A stretch of 64,000 nucleotides of DNA from Armatimonadota bacterium (GCA_023511535.1 JAIMBK010000010.1:633-64632); one strand, 5' to 3'; positions 47,212-57,088 are shown, counted from the stretch's first letter. The notes: generated by a model not told the origin, from the sequence alone. Numbers and translations are program-made.

Positions 47212-47796
47212 TTATTCTTTGAACACTTCTCGCAAGTCGATCGTTAAGCCCGCCAGCACTTTGACCCGGACCTGCTCGTCTTCAAAATAAATTTCGTGCC
47301 TTCCGTATTTTTTATCTTCTCCCAAGACAAACACCAGGACATTTTTCTCCACAGGATTAACAACCCAGTATTCTTTGATCCCCGCTTTTTCGTAGAGGTA
47401 AAACTTTTCCCGCAAATCTCTTTTCAGGGTGGTCGGAGATACTACTTCGATCACCAGATCAGGGCTGCCCTTACAACCTCTTTCATCAAGTCTGGACTGG
47501 TCACAGACAACAACCAGGTCGGGCTGTACTACCGTTTTAACTTCCGTGTCTTTTTCGTTTCCCTCCGGAAGCCGCACGTCAAATGGGGCCAGGTAAACTT
47601 TACAGGCTTTATCCAGCAAATAGTTTGCAAATTGCCTGTATAGCTCCCCCAAAATTTCCTGATGCCGTCTGGGAGGAGCCGGACTCATCGCATAAGGAAC
47701 GCCGTCGATTAATTCCCATCTTTCTTCTTCCGGCCAGTTTAGATAATCTCCATAAGTATATCTTTCTTTTTTCTGGACAACCGCCATAAAGATCAC
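47212..47796 (-). CDS. Uma2-family (DUF820) endonuclease
   Basis: YTYGDYLNWPEEERWELIDGVPYAMSPAPPRRHQEILGELYRQF...PDLVIEVVSPTT...KFYLYEKAGIKEYWVVNP. Confidence 0.85.
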   Translation of the reverse strand: MIFMAVVQKKERYTYGDYLNWPEEERWELIDGVPYAMSPAPPRRHQEILGELYRQFANYLLDKACKVYLAPFDVRLPEGNEKDTEVKTVVQPDLVVVCDQSRLDERGCKGSPDLVIEVVSPTTLKRDLREKFYLYEKAGIKEYWVVNPVEKNVLVFVLGEDKKYGRHEIYFEDEQVRVKVLAGLTIDLREVFKE

Positions 47797-47844
47797 CTTC
47801 CCTGGCTAGGGAGCCGTTTTTAGCTCTCGTCAATTAAGTCTAGA

Positions 47845-48621
47845 TTAATACAGAAAGTACGTATCGCCTTCCACCGCCATTTCCACAGCGTCCCCGTACC
47901 CTTCTTGCGCCTGGGTGCAGAGCTCACCGAGATCGTATTCGGGAAAGAAGTGCGTGATGATCAGCTCTTTCACCCCGGCCCGGGCGGCCAGTTCCCCGGC
48001 CTGGCGGGCGGTCATGTGGATGCCCTGAAAAACCTCCGCGTCCTTATCCAGTCCGCTGGCCTCGCACAAAAAGATGCCGGCCTTTTCGGCGAAGGCGGCC
48101 AGTTCCTCATCCGGTGCGGCGTCGCCGGAATACACCAGGTACCCGGACCCTTCCACCCCTACCGCGTAGGCAGGCAGGGAATGGCGCACGGGGAGAAAAA
48201 AGACCCTTACCGGGCCTATTTCGGCACAGCGGGCGCGCACGCCCGGCGGCACCTCCTCTTCCGGCAGGCTTTCGATGGGAACGACCTCGAAGAAGGGCTC
48301 GGCGCCGGCGGTCAGTTCCTGAAAAGCCGGCTGCGGCTCCGCCGGCAAGAACAATTTGACCCGCTGGAGGCGCTGCTTTTCCCTCAAGGCGCTTCTGGTG
48401 GCGTGGCGCAGGCAGGGCAGGTCCCCGTAATGGTCGGGGTGGAGGTGGGTAATGATCGCGGCGCGGACGTCGGCGAAATGGACGAAATGCCTCAGCCGGC
48501 TGAACGCCCCGTGGCCGAGATCCAGCAAAATGTTCGCCCCCCCGTCCTGCAGCAGGTAGCCCGAACAGGCCCCGCCGGCGCGGGGAAAAGGTGCCCAGCA
48601 GCCAAGAACGGTAATCCGCAT
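47845..48621 (-). CDS. MBL-fold metallo-hydrolase
   Basis: ITHLHPDHYGD metal-binding motif. The start is set at ATG 48621 (AAAGGGTGG N8) because the ORF-track GTG 48633 overlaps the SD. Confidence 0.8.
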   Translation of the reverse strand: MRITVLGCWAPFPRAGGACSGYLLQDGGANILLDLGHGAFSRLRHFVHFADVRAAIITHLHPDHYGDLPCLRHATRSALREKQRLQRVKLFLPAEPQPAFQELTAGAEPFFEVVPIESLPEEEVPPGVRARCAEIGPVRVFFLPVRHSLPAYAVGVEGSGYLVYSGDAAPDEELAAFAEKAGIFLCEASGLDKDAEVFQGIHMTARQAGELAARAGVKELIITHFFPEYDLGELCTQAQEGYGDAVEMAVEGDTYFLY

Positions 48622-48645
48622 CCAAAACACCACCCTTTAAGTACA

Positions 48646-48677
48646 GGAATTAGGGGTTAGGAATTAGGAATTAGGGG
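48646..48677. repeat. Heptamer tract (GGAATTA / GGGGTTA) x4.5, telomere-like
   Basis: GGAATTA GGGGTTA GGAATTA GGAATTA GGGG, immediately upstream (on the minus strand) of the SD-containing module of the MBL gene. Confidence 0.8.
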
Positions 48678-48707
48678 AAATATTCCATAATCCCCAATTT
48701 CTAAACC

Positions 48708-49697
48708 TTATTTAATTATTTCGAGAAAAGCGTCGATCCGCATCCGGGTGCGGGCATCCAGGCGGTTGGGCCTGTCCCCCTCCAGGGTGAGGACGGGCAA
48801 CCTGATCCGCTCCCGGACGATTAAATCTTCGATCTGGCGAAAGCAGAAGCTCTGGGCGTAGTGAATGATTCCGTCCAGGTTGCGTTTTTCGATTTCCCGC
48901 CGGATATCCTCCAGCCGGTAAAAAATGCCGTACGGGTAGGTGTAAAGCCGGTACTGCTCGACGAAGTCCTCCGTTTCGAAGGGCATGGTAAACTGCCGCT
49001 GGGTTTCGTTAAAAACAACGCGCGCCCCTCTTTCTTCCAGGTAATCGTAAAGATCGTCCATAATCGGCGGCACCCCGATGTAACCCAGGCGCAGACCGGC
49101 CGGCCTGGGCGGGGCCGCCGCCAGGGCGGCTAAAAATTCGTCCACTTCCTTTTCGTAAGCGTCCGGGTCTCCCTTAAAATCGCTGCAGTTCACCTGGTAA
49201 AGATGGTTGTCCCGGCCGCTCACCAGGCCCTCCCGCCAGGTAAGTTCATCGATTTTCCAGACTTTTTGCCGGATTCCGTGCAGCCGGCGGCGCACCGCCA
49301 GAACTTCCCGCCAGGTTGTCCCCAGGCGCTCCATCAGTTTCTCCATCTGCAGCTTTAACAAATCGTAATCCCGGTCAAAGGGGAAGGCAAAAGGGATTAC
49401 CTCGATCCCGGCCAGCTCCAGCGTCTCCATCAAAGCGTGCGTGTTGCTGCAGTCTCCCTGGGTAACGGCAATCACCGCTTTGATCTCTTTGTTTTGCCGC
49501 ACCGTGCTGTAGATTCCCTTAATCCAGGCGCACACGTTGCGGGGGTAGCCGGCCAGCTCCGCCTCTTCCACCAGCTGCTGGGGGTGGGGGCTGGTGATAA
49601 AGACGTTGTTCAGGTCGACCGGGATGCAGCCGGCGGCATAAATAATTTCCACCGGAACGGTGGTGGTCAGGCCGATTTTTCTTTGGGCGACAGCCAT
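48708..49697 (-). CDS. 2-hydroxyacyl-CoA dehydratase-family (HgdB/BcrC-like) protein
   Basis: IGLTTTVPVEIIYAAGCIPVDLNN and CSNTHALMETL resemble the dehydratase/benzoyl-CoA-reductase subunit family. The start is set at ATG 49697 (GGAGGG N5), directly after the murI stop. The family call is moderate. Confidence 0.6.
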   Translation of the reverse strand: MAVAQRKIGLTTTVPVEIIYAAGCIPVDLNNVFITSPHPQQLVEEAELAGYPRNVCAWIKGIYSTVRQNKEIKAVIAVTQGDCSNTHALMETLELAGIEVIPFAFPFDRDYDLLKLQMEKLMERLGTTWREVLAVRRRLHGIRQKVWKIDELTWREGLVSGRDNHLYQVNCSDFKGDPDAYEKEVDEFLAALAAAPPRPAGLRLGYIGVPPIMDDLYDYLEERGARVVFNETQRQFTMPFETEDFVEQYRLYTYPYGIFYRLEDIRREIEKRNLDGIIHYAQSFCFRQIEDLIVRERIRLPVLTLEGDRPNRLDARTRMRIDAFLEIIK

Positions 49698-49699
49698 TT

Positions 49700-50554
49700 T
49701 TACCCTCCGGCTGCCTGCGGTGGACGGGCGCGCCATGCTTTTTCCGGCGGTAAACTCTCCAGCTGGAGGCGCCGGACATTTTCCAGATGATATCCCAGCT
49801 TTTGCGCCGCGCTTACAAACCCGGCCGGATCGCCGCTCACGTAATAGCTGTGCCGGGGTGCTCCCGCCGCAGCGTTGATTAATCCCAGCCGCTCCACCTC
49901 CCGCTGCGCCTCCAGAACAGTTGCCGCCGCGGGGTCGACCAGGCGGACGTCCGGGCCAAAGTATTCCCGGAAGTGGGGAGTTAAAAATGGGTAATGGGTG
50001 CAGCCCAAAATCAACGTGTCGATGCCCGCCTCTTTCAGCGGCCGCGCGTAGGCGAAAACGGCCCGGCGGGCTTCTTCGCCCGCGGACAGGCCCGCTTCCA
50101 CCAGGGGCACCAGCCGGGGGGCGGCCTGGGCAAAAACTTCGCTCTCCGGCGTAAGACGCCTGACGGTGCGCTGATACGCGCCGCTTTTGACCGTCGCTTC
50201 CGTGGCGATCAGGCCGATCCGCCGGTTCCGGGTCGCCTGCACCGCCTCCCGGGCGCCCGGCTCGACCAGCCCGATCATGGGCACGTCATAATCACGGCGG
50301 ATCAACGGCAGGGTTAAAGAGGAATTGGTGCCGCAGGCGAAAATGATATATTTTACGCCGGCGGCGATTAAAAAAGAAATGATTTCCCGGGCGAACCGGA
50401 TTAATTCTTCTTTTTGGCGCGGGCCGTAGGGCACGTGCGCCGTATCGCCGAAATAAATAATTGATTCTCCGGGCAGGATGCGAAATACTTCCCGGGCAAC
50501 GGTCAACCCGCCCACGCCGGAATCAAACAACCCGATCGGTCTGGGATCGCTCAA
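49700..50554 (-). CDS. murI: Glutamate racemase
   Basis: IGLFDSGVGGLTVAREV...ACGTNSS...LGCTHYPFL. TTG start 9 nt after AGGAGG. Confidence 0.92.
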   Translation of the reverse strand: MSDPRPIGLFDSGVGGLTVAREVFRILPGESIIYFGDTAHVPYGPRQKEELIRFAREIISFLIAAGVKYIIFACGTNSSLTLPLIRRDYDVPMIGLVEPGAREAVQATRNRRIGLIATEATVKSGAYQRTVRRLTPESEVFAQAAPRLVPLVEAGLSAGEEARRAVFAYARPLKEAGIDTLILGCTHYPFLTPHFREYFGPDVRLVDPAAATVLEAQREVERLGLINAAAGAPRHSYYVSGDPAGFVSAAQKLGYHLENVRRLQLESLPPEKAWRARPPQAAGG

Positions 50555-50730
50555 TGTTTTTTGCCTCCTGGTTTTTGAACGTGAATACCCTTCTTTATAA
50601 ATATAACATCCGCAAGGAAAAAAATGCAGTAGGAAGACAATAAATATCAGGCCTAAAGTTTACTCCCCTGTAAAAATAGCTTCTGCTCATTTTCATCCTC
50701 TGCTGGTACCACAAAAGTGGCACAGTTGTC

Positions 50731-50761
50731 TAATCCCTAACCCCTATTCCCTATTCCCTGA
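50731..50761. repeat. Heptamer tract in inverted orientation relative to the other two
   Basis: CTAATCC CTAACCC CTATTCC CTATTCC CTG on the plus strand, between the gerM stop and the murI start. Confidence 0.8.
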
Positions 50762-50765
50762 TTTT

Positions 50766-51413
50766 CTAACCCCCGTCTTTACCGGCCTTGATCAGGCTGC
50801 CGTCCCGCTGCAGGGGTTCAGAGATGTCCAGGTGCCCGGCCAGGGTTTGGACGCGTTCTCCTTCGATGAAAATCTGAACTTTCTTGACTGCCGGAAACTG
50901 GGTAAGGGTGTTGACGATGGAATAAATGGTCAACAATTCCGCCGTGGAACCGCCCCAGTGCTTTGATTTTAAATCCTGGTTGAAATCTACAACCGCCAGG
51001 CCGTCTTCTTTAATGTTGATATCTTTTAAGGCGGCGCCGGGGGGAATGGTCGGATACAGCCCGCTGTCCGCGGGCGGGCCCTGGCAGAGTTCGTGCAAAG
51101 TAAGCCGGGCAATCCCGGTCACTTTCGGCACTTCCTTCCGGTAAGCAGCCAGATACCCGTTATTATCGGCAAAATACAAAACGACGGTGGTTGTTTTTTC
51201 AGTTCCCTGCTCACTGGCGTCGTGAGCGCCGGCCGGTTCCCGTTCAGCAGGCAAGGAGGATTGGCCGGCGCTTTCCCGGACGTCCGTACTTTCCTGCAGG
51301 TAGGGAAGTTCTTTTGTTTCTTCCGGACGGGGAGCGCCGCATCCCGTTATTAAAAACAAGAAAACCGACATTCCCAGCCAGAACAAGCATACTCCCTTTC
51401 TTTTCAGCATCAA
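50766..51413 (-). CDS. gerM: GerM-like sporulation/germination lipoprotein
   Basis: Lipobox LFLITGC, followed by a GerMN-like domain (VVLYFADNNGYL...LHELCQGP...VKKVQIFIEGE). The gerM-murI adjacency matches Bacillus. Confidence 0.75.
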   Translation of the reverse strand: MMLKRKGVCLFWLGMSVFLFLITGCGAPRPEETKELPYLQESTDVRESAGQSSLPAEREPAGAHDASEQGTEKTTTVVLYFADNNGYLAAYRKEVPKVTGIARLTLHELCQGPPADSGLYPTIPPGAALKDINIKEDGLAVVDFNQDLKSKHWGGSTAELLTIYSIVNTLTQFPAVKKVQIFIEGERVQTLAGHLDISEPLQRDGSLIKAGKDGG

Positions 51414-51492
51414 ACCACCCCATATAACGGTATCTTATTACCATTATATGGCAAAAGGGAGTAAAATATGCTTAGCCAGGAACAAAGTTCTC

Positions 51493-51624
51493 AGGCACAA
51501 AGGCACAAAGAAAAAATTCCCGGTAGACTATGCCTGGATCTCTTTAGACCTCTGTTCCTTTGTTCCTCAGTGCCTTTGTGCCTCTTTGCCTCTGTGCCTT
51601 TTTGCCTTAGTGCCTTTGTGCCTT
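51493..51624. repeat. Octamer array TGCCTNNG (about 10 units) preceded by an inverted copy
   Basis: AGGCACAAAGGCAC (51493-51506) is the exact reverse complement of GTGCCTTTGTGCCT at 51570-51583 and 51610-51623. The array starts right after the permease stop codon. Confidence 0.85.
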
Positions 51625-51628
51625 CCCC

Positions 51629-52984
51629 CTACAAACATCCCGGGTCGGGTTTTTCCACCACCGGCCGGCGCCGGGCCGCTTTCCGGCGCTCCCGGTACTT
51701 TTGTTTCAGGACGGGCACAACCCTGCGCACGTACCACCAACAAACCAGCAAAGCCGCTGCGAATAAAAAACCCGCCCAGCGGTCGGTAACAAACACCGCC
51801 AGAACCAGCACGGCAAAAACGAACGCCGTCGCCAGGGGCACCAGCAAGCCGCCCGGCGCAACAAAGGGCCGTTTGGCCGCCGGATCTTTTTTGCGCAGGC
51901 GCAGCACGGCCAGACCGGCCAGTACGTATACCACCGACTCCATGGCAGCGGCCAGATTGACCAAAACGAGGTATTTTCCGGTGGCCAAAACCGCGATGGA
52001 GACGCCCAGGCCCACCGTGAACACGGCCAGAATCGCCGCCCAGGGTGTGTAGTACCGCACGCTCACTTTGCTGAAAACCGCCGGCAGCGCATGCTCCCTG
52101 GCCGTCGCGTAAACGAAGCGGGAAACGCTGATCAGCCCGGCGTTAAAGGTGGTGATGGAAGCGGCGATGCTTAAGACGACGATCCAGACCAGCCCCGGCC
52201 GACCCAGGATGCTCTGCGCAAAAATTACCTGGGGAACGGGGGTATTGACCAGGATTTCCCGCGGCACGCTCACCGTCATCGCCACCGTGAAAAGGGCGTA
52301 GGTGACGCTTAAAACGCCCACAGCAATTAACATTCCCCGGGAAACCAGCCGGCTGTCGGTGACCTCCTCGGCCAGCGGGGTCACCCACTCAAAGCCTACA
52401 AACAGAAAAATACCCACGGCAACCGCCTGAATTAACCCGGCGGCGCCGCCGGGGTGAAAAAGCGAGGCAGCCGGAAAATCCGCCCGCTGAAAAGCAAGCA
52501 AACTTAAGGCGACCAGTGAGCCGATTAAACCATAGGTAATGACATCTTGAAAATTCCCGGCGATCTTCACCCCCCGGATGTTCAGGGCGGTGACCGTGAT
52601 AAACATGAGGATAATCCAAAAAAGCGGCGGGAAAAAGGGAAGACAGTGGCTGAGGCACCTGGCCAGGACGTAACTTTCGGCCCCGACCACGCCCATGACC
52701 ACAACCATGTATAAAATGGAAACCGTTAAAGCCAGCTGATCGTTAAAGGCCCGGCCGAAATACAACCTGATGCCGGCCGCCGAGGGGAGCTGCCCGTTTA
52801 ACTCGGAAAAACACAGCGCCGCCAGCAGGCACAGGCAACCGCTGACCAGAATGGCTACCCACGCCGCGTTCCCCGCCAAAAAACCGGCCACCTGCACGGC
52901 GGCAACAAAGGTGGAGGTGGCCAGGGTTAAACCTGCGCTGGTCGCCACCACCGTCCGCAGGGTGAGCACTCTTTTTAAAGACAT
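51629..52984 (-). CDS. APC-family amino acid/polyamine permease
   Basis: 451 aa with ~12 hydrophobic segments. The N-terminus LTLRTVVATSAGLTLATSTF is typical of the APC superfamily. Confidence 0.8.
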   Translation of the reverse strand: MSLKRVLTLRTVVATSAGLTLATSTFVAAVQVAGFLAGNAAWVAILVSGCLCLLAALCFSELNGQLPSAAGIRLYFGRAFNDQLALTVSILYMVVVMGVVGAESYVLARCLSHCLPFFPPLFWIILMFITVTALNIRGVKIAGNFQDVITYGLIGSLVALSLLAFQRADFPAASLFHPGGAAGLIQAVAVGIFLFVGFEWVTPLAEEVTDSRLVSRGMLIAVGVLSVTYALFTVAMTVSVPREILVNTPVPQVIFAQSILGRPGLVWIVVLSIAASITTFNAGLISVSRFVYATAREHALPAVFSKVSVRYYTPWAAILAVFTVGLGVSIAVLATGKYLVLVNLAAAMESVVYVLAGLAVLRLRKKDPAAKRPFVAPGGLLVPLATAFVFAVLVLAVFVTDRWAGFLFAAALLVCWWYVRRVVPVLKQKYRERRKAARRRPVVEKPDPGCL

Positions 52985-52986
52985 CG

Positions 52987-53340
52987 CTACTCACCCCAGA
53001 TCATTAAGGAAATAAAGTCCAGACGCACAATGTCGTCTTCTGCGCCCAGCACTTTTAGGGTGCCGTTCAAATACGGCTCGGTAGGCGTAATATCCCCGTA
53101 AAACAGATCCGCCAGGGTTTCGCTGTCGGCAATCACCGTCAGGTCGGGATTTTCCCGCGCACCTTCGTAGACGGACAGGTTTCCGCCGGATAAAACCAGC
53201 GTGTGCTCCGAAGCTATATCGTTGGCCCGGACCAGAATCACCCGGTTCCAATCCTTGTTCATGATCTTTAAACGCTCATTCCGGTTGTAGTTTTCCAAAA
53301 ACGCCTGCAGACTCTCTTTTATCTCCAGATGGCTGGCCAC
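52987..53340 (-). CDS. SCP2 sterol-binding-domain protein
   Basis: 117 aa with ADSETLADLFYGDITPTEPYLNGTLKVLGAEDD, typical of SCP-2-like domains. Confidence 0.65.
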   Translation of the reverse strand: MASHLEIKESLQAFLENYNRNERLKIMNKDWNRVILVRANDIASEHTLVLSGGNLSVYEGARENPDLTVIADSETLADLFYGDITPTEPYLNGTLKVLGAEDDIVRLDFISLMIWGE

Positions 53341-53399
53341 TTTTGAAAAAACCTCCTGCTGGATTTCGGCCGGACCCGGCTGCCCGGCCCGCGGTCCGG

Positions 53400-54311
53400 C
53401 TACTTCAGGTGAACGATCCGGGGCCGGAAATCCAGGCGGCGGAGCAAATCCAGGTATTCCTCCGGCGCAATCTCCTCCCAGCGCTTTTGCAGGATGGCCA
53501 CCAGCACACCCTCGATCACGTTGGTGCCGAAGGAGCGCCCGGCAAACTCCGGGGTGGTGGTCACCAGGCAGCCGGCCCCCTTTTCCTTTAAAAATTTGAC
53601 ATCGTCGGCCGTGGTGGTGTTCGTGATGATGGTTTGTCCGTTCAGGGCAGGCATATAGCGCCTGACCAGGTGATAATCGCCCGCAATAACACCGGCCTCC
53701 TGGTAATAGTGGCCGTATTTCTTGATCTTTTCCTCATCCTGGACTTCCTGCTTTTTTCCGGTGGGGTACAGCATATGAAAGGGCAGCTTAACCAGATCGG
53801 GCAGGATTTTTTTCGCGATTTCCTCCAGTTCGGCCAGGGTTTTGATAGCGTAGGGAATCCCGGCGGCAAAAATCAAATCGCCAAAGGTAACGTCGCAGCC
53901 GGTCTCCAGAAACGCTTCGGCCATCCCGAAACGGTCCACCGCGCTGACCATCAGAACCGCCGTTTTTGGCGGTAAAAGGCCGGTATTTTCGCGCAAATAA
54001 TAAACCGTTTCGCGCTCCAGGGTATTTTTCAGCCCGCTGCCGTCTACCACGGGGGTCCGGCGGGCGGCTTCCATCAGCTTTAAACCGTCCCGGACGGCGT
54101 AGCACGTTTTTCCGGCGTAAAGGTATACATCAATGCCGCCCAGGCCGATGGCGTCGACGTTGCCGTCGAGTTCCCGGATGGTCTGGATGGCTTTTTCCAG
54201 ATCGCCGTCGGTGCCGATCCGGCTGATCTCAAACTGCTCCCCCAGCAACTCCACCTTGACCCGGTGATCTCTTTTCGAAGAACCCAGGCTGACGCTGACT
54301 ACCCGTTTCAA
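53400..54311 (-). CDS. Conserved protein of unknown function (a family I recall being auto-annotated as quinate 5-dehydrogenase-like)
   Basis: Intact 303-aa ORF, MKRVVSVSLGSSKRDHRVKVELLGEQFEISRIGTDGDL... No catalytic motif was recognised, so the function call is weak. Confidence 0.4.
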   Translation of the reverse strand: MKRVVSVSLGSSKRDHRVKVELLGEQFEISRIGTDGDLEKAIQTIRELDGNVDAIGLGGIDVYLYAGKTCYAVRDGLKLMEAARRTPVVDGSGLKNTLERETVYYLRENTGLLPPKTAVLMVSAVDRFGMAEAFLETGCDVTFGDLIFAAGIPYAIKTLAELEEIAKKILPDLVKLPFHMLYPTGKKQEVQDEEKIKKYGHYYQEAGVIAGDYHLVRRYMPALNGQTIITNTTTADDVKFLKEKGAGCLVTTTPEFAGRSFGTNVIEGVLVAILQKRWEEIAPEEYLDLLRRLDFRPRIVHLK

Positions 54312-54468
54312 AATAAAAACCCCCTGACCGATAGTGAGGTAATCCCCAACGAAGCAATCCTTAAATAAGCTGACCTTTTACCATTGTAACCAAATTAAAC
54401 TAAAATTACAAGCCGAAAAAAGGAATATCAACGACAGGGATCGGAAATGGGCAACGAACGGGGAGAAG

Positions 54469-55170
54469 TCAGATTCTCCCTTCGCTGAACAGCTTCTTCA
54501 GGCTGAAATAAAAAAAGCCGGCCGTGGAGCGCTGTGCACGCACCAACAGAACAGCCGTTGCCTGGTGATAGAGTTCATCATTGCCGGGGGATTTTACGTA
54601 ACAATAATATTCTTTGGCCACGCGGGCGTTGGCGGCGATCCATTCTTCGGGGGAATTGCCCAGGTTATACAACCCCCCCGAATTCACTTTATAATGATGC
54701 TTGCGCTCCTTCACCCACCGTTCGTAACTCAGGTGACCGTCGAACATCCGGCAAAAGGCGTGGTGGGGGACGCAGGCGTCCTGCACCAGGTGGGCCGCCG
54801 CGCCCAGAAAAAACATGGCCCGGGCGTGGTTTCCCCGCCGCCAAAGGATAAACGCCTTCCGGAAATATGCGTTGCATTTCTGCGCGGCACTCGCCCAGGG
54901 CCAAACCCCCCGGCCGGTCGCCGGATTATAATGGTGGGCGGCGCTGCGCCAGAGGCGATCGGCCCAGACCACCCCTTTGTCTAATTCGTTGCTGAACCGG
55001 TTAAACAGTTGGGCAACCTGTTTATATCCATCGCCGGCCAGGATGATCCGCCCCTGGTGGTTGCAAAAGACATGTGTACTGCTGGCCCCCAGGATTTGCC
55101 TGGGGAAGGAGGAAAAGTAAAGGGAAAAGCCAAAAAGGGGCTTGGTCAGGCTGGAAAGAAACAACTTCAT
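54469..55170 (-). CDS. Zinc-dependent phospholipase C / P1-nuclease-fold family protein
   Basis: FLGAAAHLVQDACVPHH histidine/aspartate metal motif plus W..A...Y repeats. Confidence 0.6.
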   Translation of the reverse strand: MKLFLSSLTKPLFGFSLYFSSFPRQILGASSTHVFCNHQGRIILAGDGYKQVAQLFNRFSNELDKGVVWADRLWRSAAHHYNPATGRGVWPWASAAQKCNAYFRKAFILWRRGNHARAMFFLGAAAHLVQDACVPHHAFCRMFDGHLSYERWVKERKHHYKVNSGGLYNLGNSPEEWIAANARVAKEYYCYVKSPGNDELYHQATAVLLVRAQRSTAGFFYFSLKKLFSEGRI

Positions 55171-55427
55171 TCAATCACCCCGGTGAATTACCTTCTAAGC
55201 ATAACACAGCGCAAGCCCGCGATCAACAGTTTGTTTCCCTACTCCGGCGATTTTAAAGACTATGGCCGGTTCGTGGTCGGTTCGTCAACCAGGTCTCACG
55301 AGAGTTAAAACGCCAGGTTTCGCGGTTAGTAAAGGCCGTTGTTCCTGGATTTGGGCGGTCGGTATTTTGACCATCTGACGGTGTTTTAAGCAATAAAATT
55401 CCTTGCTATTGCTCATTTCAAAATTGT

Positions 55428-55443
55428 TGGCACAGTTCTTGCA
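55428..55443 (+). promoter_or_regulatory. Sigma-54 (-24/-12) promoter
   Basis: TGGCAC agttc TTGCA is an exact match to the TGGCAC-N5-TTGCW consensus. It lies ~68 nt upstream of ATG 55511, and a sigma-54 activator gene follows downstream. Confidence 0.75.
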
Positions 55444-55510
55444 TCTATAAAGAAGTTGTATTAATTGAATTGGTCATTTTAAAAAAACTTTTTCAATGGA
55501 GGGTTTATTA

Positions 55511-57088
55511 TTAATGATTAAACTCGCTCTGCCGGAGAACTACAACGCTGTAACTACCTTCGTCGATTCCCACGTTGAAGAAGGCCGGGCCGACCGGGTG
55601 GCAATCTATTTTGGTGATGAACAGATTACCTACGGCCGGGTCTACGAAATGGTGAACAGGTTCGGTAATGCTTTGCGGGAACTGGGCGTGGAAAGAGAAA
55701 ACAGGGTTTTCCTGCTCCTGCCGGATTCGCCGGAACTCGTGTACGGCTACTTCGGAGCCATGAAAATAGCCGCTGTTCCTATTCCCGTGAACAACCGGCT
55801 TACTCCGGAAGAATATATTTACATGCTAAACGACAGCCGGGCAAAAGTTCTGGTCATCCCCGAAAACATGCTGGAAATGGCCGAACGGATCAAGCCGGAG
55901 CTACGTTTTGTCAAACACATGGTGATTCAGGGCGCCCGGCGGGCCGGTTACCTGTCTTTGGCGGAATTACTGGCCGGCGCTTCTCCCGAGTTAACCCCCG
56001 CCGAAACAAGCAAAGACGATGTGGCCTTCTGGCTTTACAGCTCGGGAAGTACGGGAATGCCGAAGGGAGTTGTGCACCTTCACCACGACTGGATCCACTG
56101 TTGCGAACTTTACGCCAGGCCGGTCCTGGGAGTCGGCCCGGACGACATCTCGATTTCCGTCTCCAAACTTTTTCACGCTTATGGGCTCGGCAACGGCCTG
56201 ATGTTCCCCTTCCGGGTGGGGGGAGCTACGGTACTCTACCCTGACGTTCCGCGACCGGAGCCTTTTCTGGCGGCTGCCGAACGCCATCAAGTGACGCTGT
56301 TTTACGGTGTGCCTACTTTCTACGCGGCGGCTTTAGCCATCCCGGACATCGAAAAGAAGTACCCTTTACGTAGTTTGCGGCTTTGTGTTTCGGCCGGGGA
56401 ACCCCTCCCGGCAGCCTTATTCCTCCGCTGGAAAGAGCGTTACGGGGTGGAAATTCTGGATGGAATCGGCAGTACAGAAGTTCTCCATATTTATATTTCC
56501 TCCCGTTCGGGAGAGGTCAAGCCGGGCAGTACCGGAAAACCGGTGGATGGCTACGACGTAAAAATCGTGGATGAAGAAGGCAACGAGCTGCCGCCCGGGC
56601 AAACCGGCACTCTTCTGGTCAGAGGGGAAAGCACCACCCCATTTTTCTGGAATAAACACGAAAGAACAAAACAGTTGCTGCAGGGTGAGTGGTTTAATAC
56701 CGGCGATCGCTGGTACAGGGATGAAGAAGGCTACTTTTGGTACGCCGGGCGGGCGGATGATGCCTTCAAATGCCGCGGGGAATGGGTTGAACCAGTTGAA
56801 ATTGAAAACGTCCTGATCGAACACGAGGCGGTCCTGGAAAGCGGCGTAATCGGCGCCCGGGACAAAGACGGCCTGGATAAGCCCCTGGCCTACGTGGTGC
56901 TGAAAACGGGATTTCAAGGCTCAGCGGAACTGGCCGAGGAATTAAAGAATTTTGTTCGCCGCAAACTGTCCGGGTATAAAGTTCCTGCCTGGGTACGGTT
57001 TGTAGAGGAACTGCCCAAAACCGCCGCCGGGAAGATCCAGCGCTACAAGCTGCGGGAAAGCGCGCGCCGGGAAGGCGAAAAGCAATAG
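55511..57088 (+). CDS. Benzoate-CoA ligase-family aromatic acid:CoA ligase (AMP-forming)
   Basis: AMP-binding motif WLYSSGSTGMPKGVVH, YFGAMKIAAVPIPVNNRLTPEEYIYMLNDSRAKVLV, and C-terminal PKTAAGKIQRYKLR. The start is set at ATG 55511 because ATG 55496 is part of the SD ATGGAGGG. Confidence 0.8.
   Translation, partial: LMIKLALPENYNAVTTFVDSHVEEGRADRVAIYFGDEQITYGRVYEMVNRFGNALRELGVERENRVFLLLPDSPELVYGYFGAMKIAAVPIPVNNRLTPEEYIYMLNDSRAKVLVIPENMLEMAERIKPELRFVKHMVIQGARRAGYLSLAELLAGASPELTPAETSKDDVAFWLYSSGSTGMPKGVVHLHHDWIHCCELYARPVLGVGPDDISISVSKLFHAYGLGNGLMFPFRVGGATVLYPDVPRPEPFLAAAERHQVTLFYGVPTFYAAALAIPDIEKKYPLRSLRLCVSAGEPLPAALFLRWKERYGVEILDGIGSTEVLHIYISSRSGEVKPGSTGKPVDGYDVKIVDEEGNELPPGQTGTLLVRGESTTPFFWNKHERTKQLLQGEWFNTGDRWYRDEEGYFWYAGRADDAFKCRGEWVEPVEIENVLIEHEAVLESGVIGARDKDGLDKPLAYVVLKTGFQGSAELAEELKNFVRRKLSGYKVPAWVRFVEELPKTAAGKIQRYKLRESARREGEKQ

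Noticed and set aside
47905-48660. 251-aa plus-strand ORF antisense to the MBL hydrolase gene. Similar cases are 61748-62554 (268 aa, antisense to the metallophosphoesterase gene), 15927-16598 (223 aa, antisense to pglZ) and 36104-36694 (antisense to glyS).
   Set aside because: All are mirror-frame artefacts of GC-rich coding regions, with Arg/Pro/Gly/Ala-rich composition and no motifs. The opposite strand carries clearly identifiable proteins.
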